Virus record (IMG/VR): IMGVR_UViG_3300031857_000001
DNA: 64,000 nt
From: a virus
Lineage: Duplodnaviria > Caudoviricetes
Direction: 5' to 3' (one strand)
The notes beneath the pieces are model-generated. The model saw only the letters and a program-made list of their open reading frames with translations. It had not been told where the DNA came from and made no database searches. The first letter of the stretch is position 1. Each line of letters opens with the position of its first letter. This document shows, in pieces, positions 1-9,832 of the stretch. The translations under genes were made by a program, and so were the position numbers.

Positions 1-918
1 GAATTACTGTGGTTTTTAAGAGGTGATACCAACATCAAATACCTTGTTGATAACAATTGTCATATTTGGGATGGTGATGCTCATAAGAATTACTTACACA
101 AAGTTATTCGTGATAAAGACATTGTAAGGTATTTAAAATCATATTCAATAGATACAAATGGTGTTCCTACTATTGAACCATACTCAAAAGAAGAATTTAT
201 TGAACGAATTAAAAACGATGATGAGTTTGCAGAACAGTGGGGTGAATTAGGACCTATTTATGGAGCACAATGGAGAAATTGGCTAAACATCCCAGGTGAA
301 CTCAATAAGGGAGGTACAGACCAAATTGCTAATCTAATCTCTGAACTCAAAACAAACCCAGACTCAAGACGATTAATGGTTAATGCTTATAATATAGGTG
401 AATTAGACCAAATGGTTCTTCCACCCTGTCATTACGGATTTCAAGTTTATACAAGAGAGTTGTCAATATATGAAAGAGCAAAAATATATGCTAAAAAGAA
501 TAGTACTGAAATAAAAATTGATACTACTGATGACCATACCGCTTTGCATTTGTACTATACAACAAACAATGTACCTACCAGAGCAATCTCTCTAATGTGG
601 AATCAAAGGTCGGTAGACACACTATTGGGGCTTCCATTCAATATAGCGTCATATGGGTTGTTATTAGAAATCATTGCCAAAGAAGTTAATATGGTTCCTG
701 ATGAGTTGATTGGTAACTTAGGTGATGTACATTTATATCTAAATCATATTGAGCAGGCTAAGGAACAAATTAGTAGAACACCTTATAATTTGCCTAAATT
801 AGGTGTGGATTATAGAGAGGATGAATATGATAAAAATTTAAAAGACTTTGTACCTGATGATTTTTATCTAATAGATTATCAATCACACCCAGCAATTAAA
901 GCACCTTTAAGTAATTAA
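1..918 (+). CDS. thyA: Thymidylate synthase (5' end outside window)
   Basis: Frame 1 is open from base 1 (ELLWFLRGDTNIKYL...GELGPIYGAQWRNW...PDSRRLMVNAYN). It has the catalytic LPPCH motif, QRSVD..LGLPFNIASY, GDVHLYLNH and a C-terminal HPAIKAPLSN. Confidence 0.97.
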   Translation, partial: ELLWFLRGDTNIKYLVDNNCHIWDGDAHKNYLHKVIRDKDIVRYLKSYSIDTNGVPTIEPYSKEEFIERIKNDDEFAEQWGELGPIYGAQWRNWLNIPGELNKGGTDQIANLISELKTNPDSRRLMVNAYNIGELDQMVLPPCHYGFQVYTRELSIYERAKIYAKKNSTEIKIDTTDDHTALHLYYTTNNVPTRAISLMWNQRSVDTLLGLPFNIASYGLLLEIIAKEVNMVPDELIGNLGDVHLYLNHIEQAKEQISRTPYNLPKLGVDYREDEYDKNLKDFVPDDFYLIDYQSHPAIKAPLSN

Positions 919-919
919 A

Positions 920-1168
920 ATGAAAATAACTCTGTTAAACTACGAAGGCCCCGTTCTTTGGGCCAAAAGCTCGGATTCGGGTATTGCAATCTACGACCAA
1001 TGGAATGAGCTGGTTGAAGTTCTAACAAGGGAAGAATTTTGTTCTTTTATTGATGGTGAAATGAAATTGATGGACAGTAGAGAACGAGCATGGATTTACA
1101 CCGAACAAAGCCAAGAAGCACGACAAAAGTTCTCCAAACTTTTTGAATTTTTAAACCTAAATAACTAA
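920..1168 (+). CDS. Hypothetical protein
   Basis: 82-aa ORF packed 1 nt after thyA. Confidence 0.7.
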   Translation: MKITLLNYEGPVLWAKSSDSGIAIYDQWNELVEVLTREEFCSFIDGEMKLMDSRERAWIYTEQSQEARQKFSKLFEFLNLNN

Positions 1169-1169
1169 T

Positions 1170-1364
1170 ATGGATAATTTCCAACACATTTTAAAACAAA
1201 TTTCAGAATCTTTATCAAAGGTTTCATACGACAATGGAAATTTGTCTGATGTTGGAAATGAAGTTGGAATTGTCATCGGAAATTATATAACAACCGAACA
1301 GGATTTTAAAGATTTTGTTCAAGGATTAAGACACGGAATATCCCTCACAAATGGAGAACACTGA
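1170..1364 (+). CDS. Hypothetical protein
   Basis: 64-aa ORF in a tightly packed operon. Confidence 0.6.
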   Translation: MDNFQHILKQISESLSKVSYDNGNLSDVGNEVGIVIGNYITTEQDFKDFVQGLRHGISLTNGEH

Positions 1365-1812
1365 AGATTTATGGTGTAACTATTCTGATTTACCAAGTGT
1401 AATGAGTTACGAACAACCAAAAAAGAAATATCCCGACAATATTGTATGGAGTGAAGAGCGTGGGTATTACGCTCACCTTCTTCCATATGCAACAAACATC
1501 GGAGCACCAGTCATATCACCTGACAATGTATCAACATGGAAGAATGAAAAGATTTTAAAAACCAATCATTACTTCAATAGAAAATACGAGGAGATAAAAG
1601 AACAATATCAAAAATTACTTGAGGAATTTGAGTGGAATAGTATTGTGTATAATGCAACATATAATTTTCAACCAATTATCGGACAAGAATATTATTTGTA
1701 TCGTAGAAAAAGTGGAGAATATTTCTTATCATTAATCAAACCAACCGAGTGGAAGGAAAACCACATTGGAACATTTGAATTGGATTCTGATAATAAATGG
1801 AAAAAAATATAA
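1351..1812 (+). CDS. DUF2452-like protein (Bacteroidota-type)
   Basis: LPYATNIGAPVI...YEEIKEQYQKL...VYNATYNFQPIIGQEYYLY...FLSLIKPTEW matches my recollection of DUF2452. Confidence 0.7.
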   Translation: MENTEDLWCNYSDLPSVMSYEQPKKKYPDNIVWSEERGYYAHLLPYATNIGAPVISPDNVSTWKNEKILKTNHYFNRKYEEIKEQYQKLLEEFEWNSIVYNATYNFQPIIGQEYYLYRRKSGEYFLSLIKPTEWKENHIGTFELDSDNKWKKI

Positions 1813-1815
1813 GTT

Positions 1816-2031
1816 ATGATACAAAAAACAACATTATCTTCAGAAATTGATTTGACGTGTAGTACATTAACCGCAAACCCTGACCTTACGATTGAATCCG
1901 GTCCTAAGTATGTGGGATGTTATCAACTAGGTGGGAGTATGGGATTACAAATTTATCTTGCAAAAAAACCAAAATGGCTCCATAGAAAAATGATGAAACT
2001 ATGTTTGGGATTTGAGTGGATTAATAAGTAA
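1816..2031 (+). CDS. Hypothetical protein
   Basis: 71-aa ORF, operon spacing. Confidence 0.6.
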   Translation: MIQKTTLSSEIDLTCSTLTANPDLTIESGPKYVGCYQLGGSMGLQIYLAKKPKWLHRKMMKLCLGFEWINK

Positions 2032-2056
2032 AACAATAGAAAGTTACGAATAATAT

Positions 2057-2407
2057 ATGATGGAAGATTTAAAACATAAGTGGGAACAAATTGACGAGGA
2101 CGATTATGTTGCCAAGTATCGTGATATGATGCTACGAGTTGAAAAGATGGATGAGCAACAATGGTGGTGGGCGGTTTATAGAGGAAAAGAAGAACTATGT
2201 CCCGAGAAACCATTTGCAAGAAAAAAAGATTATGCGATGAAGATGGCTCAGGAATGTGCCGAAGAAAATATTGGACCTTATGTATCAGATGACTTTCAGA
2301 TTGGACCGGATGGTGCTTACGAGCATACAGATGATATGGAAGATTGGGACAATACTTTAATGGATGGACTTGAAGATGATGATACAAATAGCGAAGAATG
2401 GGAATAA
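2057..2407 (+). CDS. Hypothetical protein with acidic tail
   Basis: 116-aa ORF, operon spacing. Confidence 0.7.
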   Translation: MMEDLKHKWEQIDEDDYVAKYRDMMLRVEKMDEQQWWWAVYRGKEELCPEKPFARKKDYAMKMAQECAEENIGPYVSDDFQIGPDGAYEHTDDMEDWDNTLMDGLEDDDTNSEEWE

Positions 2408-2622
2408 TTAAATTACATAAAATGGGAAAAGATATAGGAACGGTTAGTTACACCGATAAGCGAGATTCTATAAAACAGATTGAGTTAATCACTGATAGAT
2501 TTAAAAAAGGTAAAATCAATAACGAAGATTATATCAAACTTATTCACGAAAACTTACAAAAACTAACAACTAAAAGAAATTATATTGGTTATTTGATGAA
2601 TATAGGACAATTAGATAATTGA
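2398..2622 (+). CDS. Hypothetical protein
   Basis: 74-aa ORF overlapping the previous stop. Confidence 0.6.
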   Translation: MGIIKLHKMGKDIGTVSYTDKRDSIKQIELITDRFKKGKINNEDYIKLIHENLQKLTTKRNYIGYLMNIGQLDN

Positions 2623-2623
2623 T

Positions 2624-3076
2624 ATGGAATTAATAACGACATACATTTGTAAGAAAGGTGACGAGGGTGTTCACGGAAATATGTTCGGAGGTTTAATACT
2701 CGGGCTTATTGATGATGCGGCTGCTTCATACGCCTCTCAAATCTGTGACACTCAAAAGATTGTTACATTGAAGATTGATGAGTTGTTATTTAAACGAGCG
2801 GTAAAAGTTGGAAACATATTAAAAGTTTATGGTGAGGTCGTTTCATTTGGTAATACCTCTGTTACACTTTATATCGAAGTTAGAAAACACAATGTTTATA
2901 CAGGTGAGCAAGACATTGTAACTCAAACAAAAATTGTTTTTGTTAGAATTGATGAGGACGGAAAACCCAGACCGATTCATCATCATGTTAAAGAAAGATA
3001 CTGGGAAAGATTAGAAAAATTTGGAAAGGGTCTCCTAACTCCCGAAGAAAAATTTAGAATTGGTTCAGAGATTTAA
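2624..3076 (+). CDS. Acyl-CoA thioesterase (HotDog fold, YciA-like)
   Basis: GNMFGGLILGLIDDAAA and FGNTSVTLYIEV...TKIVFVRIDEDGKPRP are typical HotDog thioesterase motifs. Confidence 0.88.
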   Translation: MELITTYICKKGDEGVHGNMFGGLILGLIDDAAASYASQICDTQKIVTLKIDELLFKRAVKVGNILKVYGEVVSFGNTSVTLYIEVRKHNVYTGEQDIVTQTKIVFVRIDEDGKPRPIHHHVKERYWERLEKFGKGLLTPEEKFRIGSEI

Positions 3077-4208
3077 GAATATTATTGTCTTAATAATACT
3101 CACATTATGTGGGTTAATTTCTATTGCCCAATGTCCAAACGCAAATTTTGAATTTGGTAATTTTACAAACTGGACAGGGAGAAGAGGATTTTGTTGCCCA
3201 ATTGATTTACCTTTTGCTGGAATTTTTCCGGGAAGACAAACAATTGTAAGTGCGGGTATTGACCCCAATACATGCGGAGGTCTCAATACGGTTTATGACG
3301 GAAATTTTTCAGCCCGTCTTGGAAACAACCAAAACAATGCAAGAGCTGAAGGTTTATATTATACATTTACTGTTAGTCCGGCAACAACTTTGATACAGTA
3401 CGCTTACGCGGTTGTATTACAAGACCCTGGCCATAGCGATGGGGCTCAACCAAGATTTCAATCAAGAGTTAGACTTGCAAACGGAACAGTAATTCCTTGT
3501 ACCGAGTACATGGTGACGGCCGGACCTAATTTGCCAGGTTTTAATTATTGTACAATGCCGGGCAACCCAACACCAATAGCTTGGAGTGATTGGAGGGTTA
3601 TATCATTAGACTTATCAGGGTATGTTGGACAAAGTGTTACACTTGAATTTGAAACGGGTGATTGTGATTTAGGTGCTCACTATGGATATGCCTATATCGA
3701 CGCAATATCTTGTGGTCCGATTGAAACAAAAGTTTATTATTGTCAGGCAAGTGATTCTACATTGATTGAAGGTCCGGAAGGTTTTGCGACATACCAATGG
3801 TCACCAACAGGAGATAACACAAGAGTTATTACTATTCCATCAAATACTTACACCAATTTGACATTGAGTGTAACAACTATTACAGGATGTGAACTTGACC
3901 TTCAAATAATCCTTGACCCGATACCCTTATTATCAAGTATAATATGTGAAGATGTATGTTTTCCTGACATAGTTAATTTTACAAATTTAACACCACCTAT
4001 TCAGGGGTATCAAACCGCCTATTTATGGGACTTCGATGATGGACAAACTTCAAATTTATATTCTCCATCACATACGTATAGTTCTCCCGGTGTCTATAAT
4101 GTGACGATGACCGCTCATGTTGTGGGGACAAATTGCACAGACAACGCAAATTGTGAAGTTGAGGTTTACGACATTCCAATAATACCTGGAATTATTAGCC
4201 ACGATTAG
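3060..4208 (+). CDS. Secreted PKD-domain protein (Bacteroidota adhesin-like)
   Basis: Signal peptide, CPNANFEFGNFTNWTG N-terminal domain and PKD motif YLWDFDDGQTS...PSHTYSSPGVYNVTMT. Ends IISHD. Confidence 0.85.
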   Translation: MVQRFKNIIVLIILTLCGLISIAQCPNANFEFGNFTNWTGRRGFCCPIDLPFAGIFPGRQTIVSAGIDPNTCGGLNTVYDGNFSARLGNNQNNARAEGLYYTFTVSPATTLIQYAYAVVLQDPGHSDGAQPRFQSRVRLANGTVIPCTEYMVTAGPNLPGFNYCTMPGNPTPIAWSDWRVISLDLSGYVGQSVTLEFETGDCDLGAHYGYAYIDAISCGPIETKVYYCQASDSTLIEGPEGFATYQWSPTGDNTRVITIPSNTYTNLTLSVTTITGCELDLQIILDPIPLLSSIICEDVCFPDIVNFTNLTPPIQGYQTAYLWDFDDGQTSNLYSPSHTYSSPGVYNVTMTAHVVGTNCTDNANCEVEVYDIPIIPGIISHD

Positions 4209-4255
4209 TCTTTTTCAAGATATTTATAGTAGAATAAACTCTAACTACTTTAAAC

Positions 4256-4813
4256 ATGAAAAAACTCTTATTACTTGTACTGGCAATACTACCAATCACA
4301 CTTTTTGCTCAATTTACCACAATTAATCCCGATACAGTCTGTATAAATGACCCTTTTGCAACTTATCAGGTTCCAAATACTCCAAACTATACTTATGTAT
4401 GGTCAGTTTCGGCTCCCGGTATTTTAACATCAGGACAAGGAACTAATGAAATAACTGTCGACTGGTCGGCCGCTCCTGCGGGCGGTCCTATAGTAGATGC
4501 GATTAGTGTTTATGCAACAACACCTGCTGGTTGTGACGGACCCCCAATCACGATGAATGTATTTATTCTTGAAATCAACCCTGTGGTTACTCCACTTGTA
4601 TTTTGTGAAGGTGACCCTTGCGAAGATTTGGTTGCAACACCGGCTGGTGGTGTATTCTCAGGACCAAACATTGTTAATGGTCAATATTGCCCACAAACGG
4701 AGGGAACAGAAACGGTGACTTACACCATAACTGAGGCGGGATGTACATTCACTGCGACAGCTGATATGACCGTCTATCCAATTCCTGTTTTAGACAATAT
4801 TTCACATGACTAA
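4256..4813 (+). CDS. Secreted PKD-like/Ig-like protein
   Basis: Signal peptide MKKLLLLVLAILPITLFAQ and YTYVWSV...GQGTNEITVDW PKD-like motif. Ends NISHD. Confidence 0.8.
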   Translation: MKKLLLLVLAILPITLFAQFTTINPDTVCINDPFATYQVPNTPNYTYVWSVSAPGILTSGQGTNEITVDWSAAPAGGPIVDAISVYATTPAGCDGPPITMNVFILEINPVVTPLVFCEGDPCEDLVATPAGGVFSGPNIVNGQYCPQTEGTETVTYTITEAGCTFTATADMTVYPIPVLDNISHD

Positions 4814-4815
4814 GA

Positions 4816-5388
4816 ATGAAAAACATAAAAACAATCTTGTTGTTGTTTTTTGTTATGATTATGCTTGGTCAGCAACAAGAAATAGACATTTGTGAAGAGG
4901 AGTCTAAAAAAGAATACACCTATTCAATACAGTCTGACACACCAAATACAACATTTTATTGGTATGTTGATGGTGTTTACCATTTTGGACAAACTCTAAC
5001 CGTAAACTGGGAAACTTATTCGCCCGGTATTCACACCGTAAAAGTTTATGGTAAAAGTGGAGATTGTAGGTCAGAACCCATGGAGTTTAAAGTACATATA
5101 GGTGAGTGCTCTTCAATCTACATACCAAACGCATTTACACCAAATGCCGATGGATTTAATGATACTTGGTTCCCACAAGGAACAGGATGGGAAAGTATCG
5201 AAGTACTTGTGTTTGATAGATGGGGAGAGTTAGTTTTTCAATCAGTAGACCCAAAAGGACAGTGGATTGGAAATTTTAGAGGTGGTGACTATTATGTTCA
5301 AAATGATGTGTATGAATATAAAGTCACTTGGAAGGGAATTGACAACGAACCTGAAATAATTTTTGGTCATGTAACGGTTGTTAGGTAA
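4816..5388 (+). CDS. T9SS type B sorting-domain (gliding motility-associated C-terminal domain) protein
   Basis: Signal peptide and IYIPNAFTPNADGFNDTWFP...VFDRWGELVF...GQWIG...GHVTVVR, the canonical CHU_C/type B CTD. Confidence 0.92.
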   Translation: MKNIKTILLLFFVMIMLGQQQEIDICEEESKKEYTYSIQSDTPNTTFYWYVDGVYHFGQTLTVNWETYSPGIHTVKVYGKSGDCRSEPMEFKVHIGECSSIYIPNAFTPNADGFNDTWFPQGTGWESIEVLVFDRWGELVFQSVDPKGQWIGNFRGGDYYVQNDVYEYKVTWKGIDNEPEIIFGHVTVVR

Positions 5389-5446
5389 AAACATTTGATT
5401 TTACTGATTTAATGTTCTATAATTTGTATAAATAAAAAAACAATTT

Positions 5447-5677
5447 ATGCAAACACTAGTTTTTAACACAACAGAAAAAAAAGTTTGGGTGTATGACGGT
5501 ACGGCTGAGGTCTCAAACTTAATTTACAAATTCGAAAATGTACCAACGGTAAAACCATTACAAGATTATTATGAAGTAATGCAAAGACTTGATAGCGAAA
5601 GTGCTCCATCAGGTTATTCATCAGTTCCTGTAGCAAGATTTCCAATTTCTAACACCAATATGATTATTGAGAAATGA
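5447..5677 (+). CDS. Hypothetical protein
   Basis: 76-aa ORF. Confidence 0.65.
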   Translation: MQTLVFNTTEKKVWVYDGTAEVSNLIYKFENVPTVKPLQDYYEVMQRLDSESAPSGYSSVPVARFPISNTNMIIEK

Positions 5678-6195
5678 GGTATAAAGTAGTTGTAGGTGGT
5701 CGTGGTGCAGAATGTTACGTTCATTTATTAGAAGATGAACAAAGACAGAGATTATTTGAGTCGGATGTTGAAAACGATAATTGTGAGCCTGAAGTTATCA
5801 GTGAAATAGTAAATAAAAATGATATATTTGAAACTGATGATACTTTTTTGGGACCCTTTAATAACCCTGAACATTTTATAATTCAGGTTTATAACGAAAA
5901 CGACGACCTAATTTGGGAATCTAAAAATGACCACGAATTTGAGGATTATATTTTCGAATTTGTTTTTGAAGAGGACAAATCTTTGATAATTGAGGATTAC
6001 ACCAAGGGTCAATTTTTTCAATATGATATAGAATTGGATGAAGAATTTGACCCAAAAAAATTAAAACCCATAGTTACCGAAATTGGAGAAAGGGTCGAGA
6101 TTATTACGAATTTTACTTACAACGAAACAGATTTATCCCTTTTCAAGGAGTACGGAGATTATTGGAGCAAAGGGTTAACATATTATTTGAATTGA
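5674..6195 (+). CDS. Hypothetical acidic protein
   Basis: 173-aa ORF with ATGA overlap. Confidence 0.75.
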   Translation: MRYKVVVGGRGAECYVHLLEDEQRQRLFESDVENDNCEPEVISEIVNKNDIFETDDTFLGPFNNPEHFIIQVYNENDDLIWESKNDHEFEDYIFEFVFEEDKSLIIEDYTKGQFFQYDIELDEEFDPKKLKPIVTEIGERVEIITNFTYNETDLSLFKEYGDYWSKGLTYYLN

Positions 6196-6250
6196 CTTTT
6201 ATGTCTTTTTCTAGATATTTACCTTTATAATAAACTTATAAATTTTTAAA

Positions 6251-7036
6251 ATGAAAAAATTATTATTTCTTTTTCTACTTGGGATTTTAACAACAATGTC
6301 ATCGTTTGCCCAAGCGGATACTGTTAAAACAAAAGGGTTGTTCTTTAGACCCGCAAAAAAACAAAGTCCTTTTACAAGTGAGTTTGGATTATCAACATCA
6401 AATTTGTGGAGAGGTGTTGACGTGGGTAAACAACCCGTAATTAAAATGGTTGCTGATTACGAACCAGTTCAGTGGTTTACTTTGAATACTGAAGTTAATG
6501 CAGTATACAATCAATTTAGAGAGGGTTATGCTAACACAGTTAAAAATGCGGCTATGTTTAACATCCTAAACACATCTATCGGAGTTCAAGATATATATTT
6601 CAGTCAGAATACTCCTACTCAAATTGACACATCTTATTTCCACTATAATAAGAATACGACCAATCACTTCCTTGAGGCGGTGATAAAGTACAAGGGTGAT
6701 GCTAAATCAAGAATTGACTTCTTAACATCTTATGTGTTTTATCAAAACGAGTCATATAAGAAAGGAGCGTTGTATTTTGAAGCAACATATCACTTAGATT
6801 ACAATGCTGATTTATTCGTTGGTTATGTGACAGGAGAATCACAAGTTAACTTCCAAAAAGAAAACGGATTTACTAATGTGGGTGTTGTTTTAAAGAGAAC
6901 TTTATCATTCTCTAAGGGAACTGACGCAAATTCTCGTTTGACAATAATGGTAAATCCATTGTATAAAACAGTAATTGTGACAAATCCAAGTTTGGCTAAT
7001 AGACCAATAACTGCTAATTTACAGATATTGTTTTAA
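6251..7036 (+). CDS. Putative outer-membrane beta-barrel (TorF/Gcw_chp-like)
   Basis: Signal peptide, SNLWRG motif in the first strand, alternating amphipathic strands and a C-terminal Phe (LQILF beta-signal). Confidence 0.65.
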   Translation: MKKLLFLFLLGILTTMSSFAQADTVKTKGLFFRPAKKQSPFTSEFGLSTSNLWRGVDVGKQPVIKMVADYEPVQWFTLNTEVNAVYNQFREGYANTVKNAAMFNILNTSIGVQDIYFSQNTPTQIDTSYFHYNKNTTNHFLEAVIKYKGDAKSRIDFLTSYVFYQNESYKKGALYFEATYHLDYNADLFVGYVTGESQVNFQKENGFTNVGVVLKRTLSFSKGTDANSRLTIMVNPLYKTVIVTNPSLANRPITANLQILF

Positions 7037-7054
7037 TAAAAAATAAATCAATTT

Positions 7055-7083
7055 AAATGGGGACCTTGAGTCCCCATTTTTTA
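7055..7083 (+). terminator. Intrinsic terminator
   Basis: AAATGGGGAC-CTTGA-GTCCCCATTT hairpin followed by a T-run. Confidence 0.8.
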
Positions 7084-7199
7084 TTTACCATGAAAAAATT
7101 ATCAAACATATTTCATTTTTTATCTTTTCATATTCCTTTTACTGTAATTTATTATATGAAAAAAATTACTAATAAGTTTTAAATATATTTATAATTGAT

Positions 7200-7589
7200 A
7201 TGAAAGTTATAGTTACTCATAGAAACTCAGGAATCCCACAGAAAGATTATAAATTGTTAGATTTGTTTATGAGATTCTTACAAAAACAGTTCCCACTTAA
7301 ACACGACCTGAAAGTTTTTTTTATTTCTGAAAGAACAGGAAAAATGACTACAGGTAGTAGGAATGATGAGAATGAAATTAAAATTTTAACAAAAGGAAGA
7401 ATTTATAGGGATATTCTAAGAACATTGGCACACGAGTGGGTTCACGAATATCAAAGAGACGTGTTAAAATGGAAACACGGACCGGACATAGGAGGTAGAA
7501 ATGAAGATATGGCAAATAGCGAGGCCGGGGCTCTCATGAAAATGTTTGAGAAAATATACCCCGACCTCGAAGATAAGATGTATGAGTGA
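7200..7589 (+). CDS. Zincin-like HExxH protein
   Basis: LRTLAHEWVHEYQ and a downstream E.ANSEAG motif. TATTTAT lies upstream. Confidence 0.7.
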   Translation: MKVIVTHRNSGIPQKDYKLLDLFMRFLQKQFPLKHDLKVFFISERTGKMTTGSRNDENEIKILTKGRIYRDILRTLAHEWVHEYQRDVLKWKHGPDIGGRNEDMANSEAGALMKMFEKIYPDLEDKMYE

Positions 7590-8015
7590 TTAGTCTATGC
7601 TAACCAACTCCAAATCAAAGATGAGTTTCTTACCTGCCAAAGGATGATTTGCATCAACCATAGCTGATTTTTCATTCACTTCTTTAACAACTACCATTAC
7701 TGGACCACGCTCAGTCATCCCCTGTAGTTGGTCACCAACTTTAACATTTTCAGGAAGATTCTCAAGAGGTACTTCACTTACCATACCCTCAATAACTTGA
7801 CCGTATGCGTCTTCAGGAGCAATTTCAATAGTTCTTTTATCACCAATTGACATTCCCATCAAACCTGATTCAAAACCTTTGATTAATTGTCCTTGTCCCA
7901 ATACTGCGGCCAATGGTTCACGACCCTCAGTCAATGAAGAATCGAATACAGAACCGTCTTCCAAACGTCCTGTGTAGTTAACTTTTACGGAGTCACCGTT
8001 TTGTACTATTTTCAT
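7590..8015 (-). CDS. FKBP-type peptidyl-prolyl cis-trans isomerase (SlyD-like)
   Basis: VKVNYTGRLEDGSVFDSS, LIKGFESGL, PEDAYG and VDANHPLAGKKLIFDLELV. Confidence 0.95.
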   Translation of the reverse strand: MKIVQNGDSVKVNYTGRLEDGSVFDSSLTEGREPLAAVLGQGQLIKGFESGLMGMSIGDKRTIEIAPEDAYGQVIEGMVSEVPLENLPENVKVGDQLQGMTERGPVMVVVKEVNEKSAMVDANHPLAGKKLIFDLELVSID

Positions 8016-8148
8016 TTTATATGTTTTTACTAATTATAGGTGAAAAATCATAACTCATCAAATATTTTTTGTAAAAAAATTTTTTAATCATTTTTTTTAC
8101 TATATTTGTATAGTTATTATTATTAAATCATTAAATTTTAAGGTAAAA

Positions 8149-8325
8149 ATGTCAAACGAGAAATTTTTAGAGGAAATACTATACTCCGCACACAAAAGTG
8201 GGGTTTTTAGTCAATTTATGGAAGAAATTGATTCAAAAATTAAGTCAGGTGATAGTATCACAACTCATGACGCTGCCCCAAAAGTATATTATGAATTTAA
8301 AAACAGGGGTTTGATTCAAGATTGA
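8149..8325 (+). CDS. Small hypothetical protein (58 aa; not in ORF track)
   Basis: MSNEKFLEEILYSAHKSG... follows a TATATTTG promoter at 8101. Confidence 0.55.
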   Translation: MSNEKFLEEILYSAHKSGVFSQFMEEIDSKIKSGDSITTHDAAPKVYYEFKNRGLIQD

Positions 8326-8597
8326 CTGACCAAATCGTAAGTTGCAACCAATGCGAACTTATCATGCTCAAAATTTGACCATTTTAAACTTTCCTCGATT
8401 AAAAAATTGAGACCATCCAACCTACTTTCTTCAAAAAGAGAGATGTCAGTCATAAAAAGTTTACAATCAATCAAATAATGTTTATTAACCGTACAAAATT
8501 TAACATGATTTATAATAATATAGCTGTCTTTACCGTATAAAGCCTCTAAATCTTTGGAAAAAACATAATTTAAGAGGACAGAAAGGCAAGTTTTCAT
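8316..8597 (-). CDS. Hypothetical protein
   Basis: Likely start MKTCLSV at 8597, directly after a minus-strand TATTTAT motif. Confidence 0.6.
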   Translation of the reverse strand: MKTCLSVLLNYVFSKDLEALYGKDSYIIINHVKFCTVNKHYLIDCKLFMTDISLFEESRLDGLNFLIEESLKWSNFEHDKFALVATYDLVSQS

Positions 8598-8633
8598 ATA
8601 TTTTATAAATATAAACCTAATTTTACTAAAAGT

Positions 8634-8846
8634 ATGGATATTTTGATAGAGTTTCAATGGGTATTGTCGGTTTTAGAGTCCTGTGAGACTAGAAAACAGG
8701 TGAATTCTTCATTAAGACTATTTGAACAGTTTATAAAAAAGTGGGATTACGAAATTTCTGAAGAAATTAAGTTAAAATACATAAATAAATTTGAAGATTC
8801 AAAAAAAGACCAAATTTGTAAGATAGTTTCAGGTAAAAACGAATAA
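8634..8846 (+). CDS. Hypothetical protein
   Basis: 70-aa ORF. Confidence 0.6.
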   Translation: MDILIEFQWVLSVLESCETRKQVNSSLRLFEQFIKKWDYEISEEIKLKYINKFEDSKKDQICKIVSGKNE

Positions 8847-9001
8847 AATTACTATTTTTGACCTTAAAATTGACATATTTTTGATTTTTAGGTATATTTA
8901 TCAAAACTATCACTCTCATCTGAGAGCCTATATATAGAAAAAGGGACTTAAATTTTGTTAAGTCCCTTTTTTCATTAAAAAACTTGTCGTATATTTGTAC
9001 T

Positions 9002-9241
9002 ATGAAAGCAAAACTTGAATTTAACTTAGACGATTTTGATGACCGAATAGCCCATGAAAGATGTGTTAAGGCAACTGACATGGCGTTTGTACTTTGGGAA
9101 CTAACCCATAATTCTTATCGCAGTATAACCAATGGTTATGGTGAAGATGATGGTTTTCATAAGGGAGTTGATGCCGTTTATGATAAACTTCGCGAACTTT
9201 TGGAAGAAAACGGTATACACCCTGATAAATTAATCGTATGA
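9002..9241 (+). CDS. Hypothetical protein (probably leaderless)
   Basis: ATG lies 4 nt after TATATTTG (8990-8997), so the start is moved from 8984. Confidence 0.7.
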   Translation: MKAKLEFNLDDFDDRIAHERCVKATDMAFVLWELTHNSYRSITNGYGEDDGFHKGVDAVYDKLRELLEENGIHPDKLIV

Positions 9242-9313
9242 AAAAGTTTTGGAAGAAAGTTGTTGAATTTTTTAAAATAGTTTCAGAAGGAATAGATAAA
9301 ACACAATATAAAA

Positions 9314-9832
9314 ATGGCTGGGGTAAACTTTAATAACATAACATATCCGTTCAGGAGATTTTTCAGGAAGATAAAGAATGTTTTTCGATGGCTTCCTACA
9401 ATTTGGAAAGATGAAGACTATGATAACCACTTCATTGTTGAAATCTTAATCAAAAAACTTGAGCATACTAGAGATTTCTTTTTGTCTGACAGGACACACA
9501 TCACGGAGGCAAAAAAAGTCGCTGAAGAAATTCAAGAAGCGATTGATAGACTTCATATGACCCGTGATAGTTGGGAATTCTATGAGGAACAGGCTCATGA
9601 AATAATAACAGAAAAGTGGGGTGAGAGTAAATTCAACTGGACACCAACTAATGATGGAACCGGCTCCATGTATTTGGATATTGAGCATGAGAATGTAAAA
9701 ACTCCTGAAGATAAGGAACAATACTCAAAAGAATTCAGAGCGGCACTGAAAAGTGCCAAAAAGGAATACATGAAAGATAAAAAAGAAGCATATAAATTTA
9801 TCGCCAAACACATTGATGGTTGGTGGGACTAA
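9314..9832 (+). CDS. Hypothetical phage protein
   Basis: 172-aa ORF ending GWWD, a common phage motif. Confidence 0.75.
   Translation: MAGVNFNNITYPFRRFFRKIKNVFRWLPTIWKDEDYDNHFIVEILIKKLEHTRDFFLSDRTHITEAKKVAEEIQEAIDRLHMTRDSWEFYEEQAHEIITEKWGESKFNWTPTNDGTGSMYLDIEHENVKTPEDKEQYSKEFRAALKSAKKEYMKDKKEAYKFIAKHIDGWWD

Noticed and set aside
6251-7036. PorP/SprF partner of the type B CTD protein
   Set aside because: It lacks the PorP-type N-terminal Q..P..SQY..N....NPA motif as I recall it, and looks more like TorF-type barrels.
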